A stretch of DNA of 64,000 nucleotides from an uncultured Bacteroidales bacterium (GTDB lineage: Bacteria > Bacteroidota > Bacteroidia > Bacteroidales > UBA12077): assembly GCA_964585385.1 (NCBI GenBank), contig CAZPDP010000002.1, forward strand, positions 26,143-90,142. Reading direction: 5' to 3'. Position 1 is the first letter of the stretch, and each line of letters opens with the position of its first letter. The notes under the pieces were generated by a model. That model made no database searches, was not told the origin of the DNA, and saw only the letters and a list, made by a program, of their open reading frames with translations. Both the position numbers and the translations under genes were made by a program. This document shows, in pieces, positions 37,500 to 45,725 of this stretch.

Positions 37500-38840
37500 A
37501 TGAAAGGATTTAAAGCCTATGACATCCGGGGAATTTATAATAAAGACTTTAACAAAGAGGATGTTTATAAACTGGGCTATTTTTTACCAGAACTGGTAGG
37601 AGTTGATAAGATACTGGTGGGTAGAGATATTAGACTTAGTTCCGAAGAGATTTTCAATAGCCTGGTAAATGGAATAACTGATCGTGGTGTCGATGTTTAT
37701 GATGCCGGACTGACAACCACCCCCATGATATATTTTGCTACAGGGAAGCATGAATTTAAAACATCCGTCCAGATTACAGCTTCGCATAATGCTAAAGAAT
37801 ACAATGGGTTTAAAATATCCGGGGAAAATGTTGTGCCCATTGGATTTGAAAATGGATTGAAAAAACTTCATGAGCTCGTACTAAATGGTGAGATAAAACC
37901 TTCTCTAAATAAAGGCAGGCTCATTTCTTTCAATGTTAAAGAGGAGTATCTGGTATTTTTACGGAAGTATTATAACAAGAATATTCGGAATTTAAAAATT
38001 GGGGTTGATTGCTCCAATGGAATGGCAGGAATGGTTATAAAAGAGATTTTAAAGGATCACCCCATCTATATTCACTGCGAACCCAATGGCGAGTTTCCCA
38101 ATCATAACCCTAATCCATTGGAACCCGAGAATCAAAGGGATATTAAAAAACTGGTTTTACAGGAAGAATGTGATTTAGGACTAATTTTTGACGGGGATGG
38201 CGACAGGGTGATGTTCATTGATGAAAAAGGAGACTTTATTTCTCCCGATATGGTCATTGCACTCATGGGGCATTATTTTCTTAAAAATCCAGATGAAACG
38301 GTATTGCAGGATATTCGTACTTCTAAATCTGTTAAGGAATATTTAAAACAGTACAATGCCCATATTCATACCTGGAGAGTGGGTCGGGCTTTTGCATCAC
38401 CCAGGCTTAAAGAGATAGGCGGCCTTTATGGAGGCGAACTGGCCGGCCATTACTATTTCCGTGATTTTTATTATTCTGATTCGGGAATTTTAGCAGCTCT
38501 TATTGTTCTGGATATTGTCTCAGACTTTAAAAGCAAAGGAGTTAGGTTGTCTGAAGTCATAGACCAGATTTCTAATTACGAAAGCAGCGGAGAGTTGAAT
38601 TTTAAAATTGAGGACAAATCAGAAGCAATGGAAGCCCTGAAGGAATATTTTACCAAACAGGAAAAACCTCTCGAATTGCTTGATTTTGATGGTTACAGAA
38701 TAGAATTTGAAGAATGGTGGTTTAACGTCAGGCCCTCTAATACAGAGCCTTATTTGCGGTTAATTGTAGAAGCCAGGGATAACGATACACTAAGGGAAAA
38801 AGTAGATAAAATGAAAAGCATTCTCAAACAATTCAAATAG
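37500..38840 (+). CDS. Phosphomannomutase / phosphoglucomutase
   Basis: Alpha-D-phosphohexomutase motifs: active-site TASHNAKEYNGFK, metal loop FDGDGDR, GGELAGH sugar loop; GTG at 37494, ATG at 37500. Confidence 0.85.
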   Translation: MKGFKAYDIRGIYNKDFNKEDVYKLGYFLPELVGVDKILVGRDIRLSSEEIFNSLVNGITDRGVDVYDAGLTTTPMIYFATGKHEFKTSVQITASHNAKEYNGFKISGENVVPIGFENGLKKLHELVLNGEIKPSLNKGRLISFNVKEEYLVFLRKYYNKNIRNLKIGVDCSNGMAGMVIKEILKDHPIYIHCEPNGEFPNHNPNPLEPENQRDIKKLVLQEECDLGLIFDGDGDRVMFIDEKGDFISPDMVIALMGHYFLKNPDETVLQDIRTSKSVKEYLKQYNAHIHTWRVGRAFASPRLKEIGGLYGGELAGHYYFRDFYYSDSGILAALIVLDIVSDFKSKGVRLSEVIDQISNYESSGELNFKIEDKSEAMEALKEYFTKQEKPLELLDFDGYRIEFEEWWFNVRPSNTEPYLRLIVEARDNDTLREKVDKMKSILKQFK

Positions 38841-39455
38841 GTGAATTTAAGAGCATTTTATAAAGAAGGAATTTATGAAGCAGGCTGTGATGAAGCTGGA
38901 AGGGGCTGTCTGGCAGGGCCCGTATTTGCTGCTGCTGTTATTTTGCCTCCCGGGTTTAGTCATTCGGTATTGAACGATTCCAAAAAACTTACTGTAAAAC
39001 AACGAAAGGCCTTAAGAAAAGATATTGAAGAACAGGCTCTTGCCTATTCCGTTGCCAGTGTGGATAACCAGGAAATAGATCAGATTAATATATTTAAAGC
39101 TTCAATTTTGGCTATGCATAGAGCTGTAGATGGATTGAAAATTACTCCAGAACATCTGCTGATTGACGGGAAATACTTTTACAAATACAAAGAAACCCCC
39201 CACCAGTGTGTTGTGAAAGGCGACCAGAAATATTTGTCCATTGCTGCTGCATCAATACTTGCTAAAACATACCGTGACGACTATATGATTCAACTGCATG
39301 AGGATTACCCGGAGTACCAATGGAACAGCAACAAAGGATATCCTACACTGAAGCACAGGGATACCATTAAGCAAAATGGGGCTACCATCTATCACAGAAA
39401 AAGCTTCCGGTTGCTTCCGGAAGCTTATCAACTTGAGATAAAAAATATTAAATGA
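38841..39455 (+). CDS. rnhB: Ribonuclease HII
   Basis: GCDEAGRGCLAGPV catalytic motif; GTG start immediately after the upstream stop. Confidence 0.9.
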   Translation: MNLRAFYKEGIYEAGCDEAGRGCLAGPVFAAAVILPPGFSHSVLNDSKKLTVKQRKALRKDIEEQALAYSVASVDNQEIDQINIFKASILAMHRAVDGLKITPEHLLIDGKYFYKYKETPHQCVVKGDQKYLSIAAASILAKTYRDDYMIQLHEDYPEYQWNSNKGYPTLKHRDTIKQNGATIYHRKSFRLLPEAYQLEIKNIK

Positions 39456-39474
39456 GAAAATTAGGCTTCAGCGC

Positions 39475-39600
39475 TTAATTTTCATCGCCTTCTTCGTACA
39501 GATACTTTTTGTGTTTTAATACAGCATAGCTAATGCGGTAAATCGCAAAAATGAGTATCGGCCAGAAGGCCAGCCATATTAAGGATATTGTGTGTTCCAT
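39475..39600 (-). CDS. Candidate 41-aa single-TM small protein downstream of cydB (CydX-like?)
   Basis: ATG at 39600, TAA at 39475-39477; hand translation MEHTISLIWLAFWPILIFAIYRISYAVLKHKKYLYEEGDEN; 21 nt after the cydB stop, same strand; below the ORF-track size cutoff. Confidence 0.35.
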   Translation of the reverse strand: MEHTISLIWLAFWPILIFAIYRISYAVLKHKKYLYEEGDEN

Positions 39601-39621
39601 AGTCTTGGTTTTTAAATCAGA

Positions 39622-40779
39622 TTAATACATATGATCGCCTTCAGCTTCTACTTCACTGGAGTCGATTTTCTTTTTATTCATTGATGTCCATGCATACCAG
39701 ATATAAGCTATCACAAAAGGAACCATCAGGGAAACATAGCTCATTGCCGTCAAAGTGTAATGGCTTGAAGAACTGTTTTCAATAGTCAATGAACTCTGCA
39801 AATCAAATGTAGAGGGATAGTAGGCGGTATTATTGAAACCGGCCACCATGAACAGAGAGAAAACTGTCAAGGCCGCACCAAAGCCAGTAAACCACAAGCC
39901 GTTTTTACTGTTTTTAAAGATTGTTAATGCAATTCCGGTCAGCACCCCAGCAACACCTGCCAGAAGGAAGGCTGCCACCAGAGGCATTTGCAGATAATTG
40001 TTCAGATACTTGTTAGGTTCCATGAAAACATTTTTTGTTTCAGGATTTACTGCAAAACCGTCTTTTGTGAGGAGCAAAATCATGAAAGAAAGAAATACAG
40101 CCAGGAAGGGAATCGTGTTGTACCGGATTTGTTTTTTAGATCCTTCAAAGATCTCCGTATCTTCAATGGTTTTGATAAAGTATAGGGAGCCAAGGATTCT
40201 TGCCAGGAAAAAAACGGATAATCCGAGCAGAATATTTTGAATATTAGCTGCTGCCTCCAGTCCATTCAGTGGTGTTTCCCACCGGGTAATTGCACTGTTT
40301 GTTATATCAGTCAGACGAATTTTGTCTACAGAAAACTCTGAACCTGTGAAAAAAGTACTAACAGCCGCCCCAAATAATATGGTACCAATCAGGCCATTGA
40401 TGAAAAGGAAGGTGTTATAAGTTTTTTCACCCAGAAAGTTAGATGGTTTTTTTCTGTATTCATAGGACACAGCCTGGATAATAAAAGAGAAAAGAATAAT
40501 CATCCAAACCCAGTAAGCTCCCCCGAAACTGGTAGCATAAAAAAGAGGAAAGGAAGCAAAGAAAGCTCCTCCGAAAGTGACCAGGGTAGTAAAACCCAGG
40601 TCCCATTTTCGTCCTATTGAATTGACAAGCATGGTCTTTTGAACATCATTTTTTGCAATCTGGCCCACCAGGGTCTGCCCGCCCTGAACAAACATCAGAA
40701 AAACCAGGATGGATCCCAGAAGGGAAATGATGACCCACCAGTATTGTTGTAATGCAAGATGTGATAATGTTTCAAACAT
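39622..40779 (-). CDS. cydB: Cytochrome bd ubiquinol oxidase subunit II
   Basis: 385-aa polytopic membrane protein directly downstream of cydA with CydB-type N-terminus (LQQYWWVIISLL). Confidence 0.9.
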   Translation of the reverse strand: MFETLSHLALQQYWWVIISLLGSILVFLMFVQGGQTLVGQIAKNDVQKTMLVNSIGRKWDLGFTTLVTFGGAFFASFPLFYATSFGGAYWVWMIILFSFIIQAVSYEYRKKPSNFLGEKTYNTFLFINGLIGTILFGAAVSTFFTGSEFSVDKIRLTDITNSAITRWETPLNGLEAAANIQNILLGLSVFFLARILGSLYFIKTIEDTEIFEGSKKQIRYNTIPFLAVFLSFMILLLTKDGFAVNPETKNVFMEPNKYLNNYLQMPLVAAFLLAGVAGVLTGIALTIFKNSKNGLWFTGFGAALTVFSLFMVAGFNNTAYYPSTFDLQSSLTIENSSSSHYTLTAMSYVSLMVPFVIAYIWYAWTSMNKKKIDSSEVEAEGDHMY

Positions 40780-40791
40780 GATATAGTCGTT

Positions 40792-42309
40792 TTATTTTGG
40801 TCCGATTTTAATTTGTCTTACCAGAATGGATATTTCAGCAATCAACAGGATTGTGAACAAGGCTGCGAACAGCCAGAATGTTAACTGAACATTTGCTACG
40901 CTGATGTGTGAAGTAGAGATTTTAGTGGGCAACACATCCTGTATAGTCCAGGGTTGCCGGCCCACTTCAGAAACCACCCAGCCCAGCTGAGAAGCAAGGT
41001 AACCCAAAGGTATAGACCATAATGCAGCTTTCAGTAGTGTTCTGTTATTCTCAATTTTATCATTCATGTTGGCCCAAAGAAGCACGACAAAAAAAAGAAT
41101 GAAATAGAAGCCCAGAATAACCATTAGATGGAAACTGTAAAATGTCAACGGGACAGGGGGGACTACTTCTTCTTCCCTCTCAAAATATCCATATCCCATA
41201 TATTCATAATTCTTCTCAAAATCTTTTATGTGTTCTTCAGCCAGTTCTTCGTTATTTGCCTTTTTTGCTTGTTTGTACTTTCTCAGAGAGGCAATAGCAT
41301 CTTTGCCCTTTTTCATTTTATTTGTGGTGGGTTCTATCCCGTACTTTTCGTTACCATAAACCAGATCGTTCACACCCGGCACAAAAGCATCGACATCTCT
41401 TTCAGCCAGAAGAGACAATAATTTTGGCATAGCAATTTTAAAATGGAATGATTTTTCCTGGTCACCCACTTTTTTGCTGTGATTTAATAATCCAATAGCC
41501 ACGAGATCCGCTCCTTCCTGTCCGTCATATAATCCTTCCATCGCTGCCAGTTTCATGGGTTGGGTTTTGGCAACATCGTTACCGGAACTGTCACCGGTAA
41601 CAACTATAAAGAGGGATGCCAGAACTCCAAATACAGCACCAATGAGCATACTCCTGCGGGCAAATAAAATTTCTCTTTTTTTCAGTAAAAACCAGGCGCT
41701 AATTCCAACCACAAACAAGGAGGAAATTACATATCCACTTGACAGGGTATGGAGAAATTTATCAACCGCTGTAGGGGAAAGCAGGACTTCCCAGAAATTT
41801 TCCATTTCATTTCTGGCGGTGTCCGGGTTAAAGTTCATGCCCACCGGATTCTGCATCCACCCGTTGGCCACAAGAATCCACAAAGCGGATAAGTTTGAAC
41901 CCAGGGCTACCAGCCAACTGGATAAGAGATGGAATTTTTTACTGACCTTTTCCCAGCCGAAAAACATTACGGCAATAAATGTTGATTCAAGGAAAAAAGC
42001 CATGATTCCCTCTACAGCCAGGGGAGCGCCAAATATATCACCAACGAACCAGGAATAGTTTGACCAGTTGGTGCCAAACTCAAATTCAAGAATTATTCCA
42101 GTGGCTACTCCGATGGCGAAATTGATTCCAAAGAGGGTCATCCAGAATTTTGTTGTTTTCTTCCACTGTTCATTGCCCGTCTTGTAATATACAGTTTCCA
42201 TTATGGCAATGATAAAGGAAAGACCTAAGGTCAGAGGGACAAAAAGCCAGTGATAAATAGCAGTTAGTGCAAATTGAGCTCTTGACCAGTCAACTAATAA
42301 TTCATCCAT
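40792..42309 (-). CDS. cydA: Cytochrome bd ubiquinol oxidase subunit I
   Basis: CydA N-terminus (LSRAQFALTAIYHWLFVPLTLGL), Q-loop, GWVVSEVGRQPW motif. Confidence 0.95.
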   Translation of the reverse strand: MDELLVDWSRAQFALTAIYHWLFVPLTLGLSFIIAIMETVYYKTGNEQWKKTTKFWMTLFGINFAIGVATGIILEFEFGTNWSNYSWFVGDIFGAPLAVEGIMAFFLESTFIAVMFFGWEKVSKKFHLLSSWLVALGSNLSALWILVANGWMQNPVGMNFNPDTARNEMENFWEVLLSPTAVDKFLHTLSSGYVISSLFVVGISAWFLLKKREILFARRSMLIGAVFGVLASLFIVVTGDSSGNDVAKTQPMKLAAMEGLYDGQEGADLVAIGLLNHSKKVGDQEKSFHFKIAMPKLLSLLAERDVDAFVPGVNDLVYGNEKYGIEPTTNKMKKGKDAIASLRKYKQAKKANNEELAEEHIKDFEKNYEYMGYGYFEREEEVVPPVPLTFYSFHLMVILGFYFILFFVVLLWANMNDKIENNRTLLKAALWSIPLGYLASQLGWVVSEVGRQPWTIQDVLPTKISTSHISVANVQLTFWLFAALFTILLIAEISILVRQIKIGPK

Positions 42310-42321
42310 TAGATTGCGTTT

Positions 42322-42534
42322 TTAATGATTTGTGAGTTCTTTAATTATATGTTCGCTTCGCTCTTCATCAGAATTAAACTTTTCCTGCATAACATCCGGA
42401 AAGAAGAAAAGCCTTAAAATTGCAAACATGATGAAAAGTTTAATCAGAATAATTATCCAAAGCTTTTTTCCGGTTTGGCTAATGTTTCTGAAACCTTCAT
42501 AATAAAAGAGCCAGATCTTTTTGAAAACATTCAT
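42322..42534 (-). CDS. DUF4492-like small membrane protein preceding cydAB
   Basis: 70 aa (FYYEGFRNISQTGKKLWIIILIKLFIMFAILRLFFF), matching the small ORF recalled upstream of cydA in Bacteroidota. Confidence 0.7.
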   Translation of the reverse strand: MNVFKKIWLFYYEGFRNISQTGKKLWIIILIKLFIMFAILRLFFFPDVMQEKFNSDEERSEHIIKELTNH

Positions 42535-42560
42535 TTTTTACGCTCAGTTTGAACCTGTAA

Positions 42561-42568
42561 CAAAAATA
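42561..42568 (-). promoter_or_regulatory. -7 promoter box (TATTTTTG on the minus strand) for the cyd operon
   Basis: CAAAAATA on the plus strand, 26 nt upstream of the DUF4492 start. Confidence 0.5.
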
Positions 42569-42611
42569 CTAATGTATGTGAGAAATGGTCGTTTGTTTGT
42601 GTAATTTAAAA

Positions 42612-42767
42612 TTAGTAAAAACAAATACAGCTGCTAAAATAACTTAATTTTCGCTTTTTCATTTTATCTCCACAACAACTAAGCTCTTGACGACCTGCGT
42701 GGTAAATTTCTACCATGTTTCCACAATGATTGCAGTGGTAGAATTCAAGTCTGATTGTTTCTGCCAT
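42612..42767 (-). CDS. Desulforedoxin-like Fe(Cys)4 mini-protein (Dfx N-terminal-domain type)
   Basis: From the internal ATG at 42767: [38 protein letters not shown]..., i.e. the CxxC...CC pattern of desulforedoxin; own -7 box upstream; no SOR domain follows. Confidence 0.5.
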   Translation of the reverse strand: MAETIRLEFYHCNHCGNMVEIYHAGRQELSCCGDKMKKRKLSYFSSCICFY

Positions 42768-42793
42768 TTTGAAGAGAATAAAGTTTATCTTAC

Positions 42794-42801
42794 CAAAGAT
42801 A
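42794..42801 (-). promoter_or_regulatory. -7 promoter box (TATCTTTG on the minus strand)
   Basis: CAAAGATA on the plus strand, 26 nt upstream of the ATG at 42767. Confidence 0.45.
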
Positions 42802-42828
42802 TAAAAATTGAAATAAGTACCCCTGAAC

Positions 42829-42859
42829 AAAAAAAACCCCGATATATCACTTATCGGGG
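42829..42859 (-). terminator. Rho-independent terminator downstream of ferritin
   Basis: CCCCGATA / TATCGGGG stem with 7-nt loop; the A8 run on the plus strand gives a U-tract on the minus strand. Confidence 0.75.
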
Positions 42860-42884
42860 CTCTTTATTCAACAAGACAGTTAAA

Positions 42885-43397
42885 TTATTCTTCTTTAGTT
42901 TCGTCAACAAATTGTCTTCCACTTAATTCCTTGTCTATCATCAACAGGCCATGACCTTTACCACCAATCAATTTGAGTTTTTGAAGAAGTTCATCAGCGT
43001 TGGCTTCTTCTTCAACTTGTTCTGCAACAAACCATTGAAGCATATTGTCTGTACCATGATCGTTTTCAGATCTTGCAAGATCTACCAGGTCATGAATCAT
43101 TTTTGTCACCTTCTGCTCATGCCCATATACTTCCTCAACAACTTTGACAGGATCATCCCACTCTGACGGTGGTGTGTCAATTGCTTTAAGTTTTATCCTG
43201 CCACCTCTGTCAAACACATAGTTGTATATCTTCATAGCATGCGTCATTTCTTCCTGTGCCTGAACATACATCCAGTTGGCAAAACCAGAAAGATTTTGGT
43301 CTTCAAAATAAGCTGACATAGCAAGGTAAAGATATGCAGAATACATTTCAGCATTGACTTGATCATTAAGGGCTTGTTCCATTTTTTCTGATAACAT
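42885..43397 (-). CDS. ftnA: Non-haem ferritin
   Basis: 170 aa; ferroxidase di-iron ligand pattern (EMYSAYLYL...QEEMTHA...E); ferritin-like four-helix layout. Confidence 0.9.
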   Translation of the reverse strand: MLSEKMEQALNDQVNAEMYSAYLYLAMSAYFEDQNLSGFANWMYVQAQEEMTHAMKIYNYVFDRGGRIKLKAIDTPPSEWDDPVKVVEEVYGHEQKVTKMIHDLVDLARSENDHGTDNMLQWFVAEQVEEEANADELLQKLKLIGGKGHGLLMIDKELSGRQFVDETKEE

Positions 43398-43438
43398 ATA
43401 AATCCTCCTTTATTTATTGTAATTTAGTTAATAATATG

Positions 43439-43446
43439 CAAATATA
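43439..43446 (-). promoter_or_regulatory. -7 promoter box (TATATTTG on the minus strand) for ferritin
   Basis: CAAATATA on the plus strand, 41 nt upstream of the ferritin ATG. Confidence 0.5.
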
Positions 43447-43477
43447 GCTTTAAATATAGGTTGTAACAACCTGCCCC

Positions 43478-43485
43478 TAATTTTG
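43478..43485 (+). promoter_or_regulatory. -7 promoter box TAATTTTG
   Basis: Exact TAnnTTTG match 87 nt upstream of the ATG at 43573; overlaps the TTG that opens the tracked ORF, which argues for the later ATG. Confidence 0.4.
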
Positions 43486-43572
43486 TTCTTTAAATTCGTT
43501 CTAAATAGTTTTATTTTTTTTAACCTAAGGGCAAACAAGAACAGATACTGGTTTGTTAATAAAAGAAAAATT

Positions 43573-44061
43573 ATGTTGTTTTGGCCCTTCAAACTTATAC
43601 GAATAGAGACCTCTTTGAAAGAGAGTGAAATCTTGCGTATTATCAATGAGAATACAGACCAGGACCAAAAAAGTATTTATTGGGGTAAACGCTTTTACAA
43701 ACGATTCTGGGGAAAAGTGACCGATAAAGCCTTTAGAATACGACCTGTAGTGCCTTACTGGAATATGTCGCCAGTGGAAATGCAAGGGAATGTTTCCGAC
43801 ATCTCCGAAGATAAAAACGGACTTGAGGTTAAGCTGAAATGTCCTTACCTGAGGGTTGTTATACCCCTTGCAATCCTGGCCGTTGGGTTATTCTTTATAA
43901 GTTTTGGGTTGAAAGGACAAATGGATGTATTCCTTTCAAGCACTTTAATAATTTTGATAGCTGCTTATCTATTTGTAAATATACCTTTTCAGATACAATC
44001 TGTATGGAGTTTGAAAATATTGGCTGAAAGGCTCAACGGGAAACTGCACTATTTAAGATAA
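43573..44061 (+). CDS. Hypothetical protein with two C-terminal TM helices
   Basis: ORF from the first ATG; soluble N-terminal part then VVIPLAILAVGLFFISFGL and LIILIAAYLFVNIPF hydrophobic segments; no recognised motif. Confidence 0.4.
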   Translation: MLFWPFKLIRIETSLKESEILRIINENTDQDQKSIYWGKRFYKRFWGKVTDKAFRIRPVVPYWNMSPVEMQGNVSDISEDKNGLEVKLKCPYLRVVIPLAILAVGLFFISFGLKGQMDVFLSSTLIILIAAYLFVNIPFQIQSVWSLKILAERLNGKLHYLR

Positions 44062-44105
44062 AGGTTTTTCCCTAATATAAACAGGCTAGACGGGCAGTGC
44101 TGAAA

Positions 44106-44504
44106 CTAGAGGTATTGGTCAAGGGTTTGAGACTTCAGGTAGTCCCTGAATTCTCTGGACATTTGACTTGTTACATTATTGAGAATACACTTATCAAACG
44201 GGCAAACAGGTTTGCTCATAGGACACGTACTTATTTCAATGGATCCTTCAATAGTTTCGTAGATTTCAAGGAAACTGATATCTTTTGGTTTGAGACGCAA
44301 CTCGAATCCGCCGTTTGGCCCGCGATGTGATTCCAGATAGCCCGCCTTTACCAATCGCTGCATGACTTTGGCCACATGATGTCTCGAAGTGCTTGTTCTT
44401 TCAGCTATTTTAGAAACATTCATGCCCTTTTTTTCCCTGGCTACTAAAATAATTCCGTGAAGAGCAATTGATGCTGCTTCTGAGAGAGAAACTATTTTTG
44501 ACAT
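44106..44504 (-). CDS. Rrf2 family transcriptional regulator
   Basis: N-terminal winged helix (ALHGIILVAREKKGMNVSKIAERTSTSRHHVAKVMQRLVKAGYLESHRGPNGGF); three Cys (CPMSKPVCPFDKC) suggest a cluster-binding member. Confidence 0.85.
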   Translation of the reverse strand: MSKIVSLSEAASIALHGIILVAREKKGMNVSKIAERTSTSRHHVAKVMQRLVKAGYLESHRGPNGGFELRLKPKDISFLEIYETIEGSIEISTCPMSKPVCPFDKCILNNVTSQMSREFRDYLKSQTLDQYL

Positions 44505-44541
44505 GATTGTGGTATTTTGGTAATTTAAGTATTTAAATGCT

Positions 44542-44549
44542 CAAAAATA
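44542..44549 (-). promoter_or_regulatory. -7 promoter box (TATTTTTG on the minus strand)
   Basis: CAAAAATA on the plus strand, 37 nt upstream of the Rrf2 regulator start. Confidence 0.45.
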
Positions 44550-44625
44550 CACAAATTTTTTTATCCTGAATAAGATGTAAATGGAAAAAAATATGAGCAA
44601 TAGGAGTAGTTTCGAAAAAATCTTG

Positions 44626-44699
44626 TGGAGACTACGGGGCTCGAACCCGTGACCTCCACGCTGCCAGCGTGGCGCTCTAGCCAACTGAGCTAAGTCCCC
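44626..44699 (-). tRNA. tRNA-Ala (anticodon GGC)
   Basis: Reverse complement folds as a cloverleaf: GGGGACT acceptor with G3:U70, AGCTCAGTTGGCTAGAGC D-arm, CCACG-CTGGCAG-CGTGG anticodon arm (GGC), GGTTCGAGCCC T-arm; CCA not encoded. Confidence 0.95.
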
Positions 44700-44812
44700 A
44701 AAATTTTAGCAAAAATAATATTTTTTCTTCCAATCAGAAAAAATGAAGGGTATTTTATCGCGTTTTGATGCTGAATATTTCTTAAACATTTTCACCCTTT
44801 TTTATAAGTATA

Positions 44813-44820
44813 TATATTTG
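44813..44820 (+). promoter_or_regulatory. -7 promoter box TATATTTG
   Basis: Exact TAnnTTTG match 32 nt upstream of the panC ATG. Confidence 0.5.
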
Positions 44821-44852
44821 CGAATTATTTTATGGTTAAGTAATTTTATTTT

Positions 44853-45698
44853 ATGGAAGTTTACCAAAGCAAAGAAAGCATTCAACAAGCATTGTTTAGG
44901 CATAAATCAGATGGCAAAACTGTTGGATTTGTGCCTACCATGGGAGCCCTGCACGAGGGCCATTTTTCTTTGATTCGTTGTTCCACACAACAGAATGATA
45001 TTACAGTGGTGAGTGTGTTTGTAAATCCTACCCAGTTTAATCAACGCTCCGATTATGAGAAATATCCGAGAGATTTAAGCTATGATTTGAAAATTCTTGA
45101 AGATGCAAATTGTGACATAGCATTTACACCGTCCGAAAAGGAAATGTATCCCGAGAAAGATACTCGCGTGTTTGATTTCGGGAAAATCGATAAGGTAATG
45201 GAAGGAAAACACCGTCCCGGTCATTTTAATGGAGTTGCACAAGTTGTCAGTAAGCTTTTTGAAATTGTTTCACCAGATAGAGCCTATTTTGGTGAGAAAG
45301 ATTTTCAGCAGCTGGTTATTATAAGAAAGCTTGTGGAAAAACTGAATATGGATATAGAGATCGTTCCCTGTTCGATAATACGTGAGGAAAGTGGACTGGC
45401 AATGAGTTCGAGAAATGAACGTTTATCAGATGAAGAAAGAAAAAATGCAGCAATAATATCTGAAACATTATTTCAGGCCAGGAAAATGGCAGGTTCAAGT
45501 GGAGTGGAAGAAGTGAAGAAATGGGTTACAGATGAATTAAACAAAAATTCATACATCAATGTTGAATATTTTGAGATCGTGAATGAAAAGAATTTTGAAC
45601 CCATTTCGGCATGGAACGAAACCTTTTATAAAAGGGCGTGTATAGCTGCCTGGGCAGGAAATGTGAGGTTGATAGATAATGTGAAATTTTATTTTTAA
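44853..45698 (+). CDS. panC: Pantoate--beta-alanine ligase
   Basis: VGFVPTMGALHEGHFSL HIGH-type motif; 281 aa. Confidence 0.95.
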   Translation: MEVYQSKESIQQALFRHKSDGKTVGFVPTMGALHEGHFSLIRCSTQQNDITVVSVFVNPTQFNQRSDYEKYPRDLSYDLKILEDANCDIAFTPSEKEMYPEKDTRVFDFGKIDKVMEGKHRPGHFNGVAQVVSKLFEIVSPDRAYFGEKDFQQLVIIRKLVEKLNMDIEIVPCSIIREESGLAMSSRNERLSDEERKNAAIISETLFQARKMAGSSGVEEVKKWVTDELNKNSYINVEYFEIVNEKNFEPISAWNETFYKRACIAAWAGNVRLIDNVKFYF

Positions 45699-45725
45699 TT
45701 TTGTACCGGTTTAATCAGATAAGTT

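Noticed and set aside
41555-42058. 167-aa plus-strand ORF inside cydA.
   Set aside because: It is antisense to a highly conserved cydA frame and has no recognisable motifs. It is a shadow ORF.
42768-42830. N-terminal extension of the desulforedoxin-like ORF ([21 protein letters not shown]).
   Set aside because: It would include the -7 promoter box at 42794-42801 and run into the ferritin terminator region. The internal ATG at 42767 fits the family N-terminus.
44626-44699. tRNA-Ala considered as a possible integration site for a genomic island.
   Set aside because: There is no integrase, no direct repeat of the tRNA 3' end and no compositional break nearby. The flanking genes (Rrf2 regulator, panCD) look native.
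44743-44973. 76-aa ORF overlapping the panC promoter and start.
   Set aside because: It contains the exact -7 box for panC, has low-complexity composition, and is out of frame with the well-supported panC ORF.
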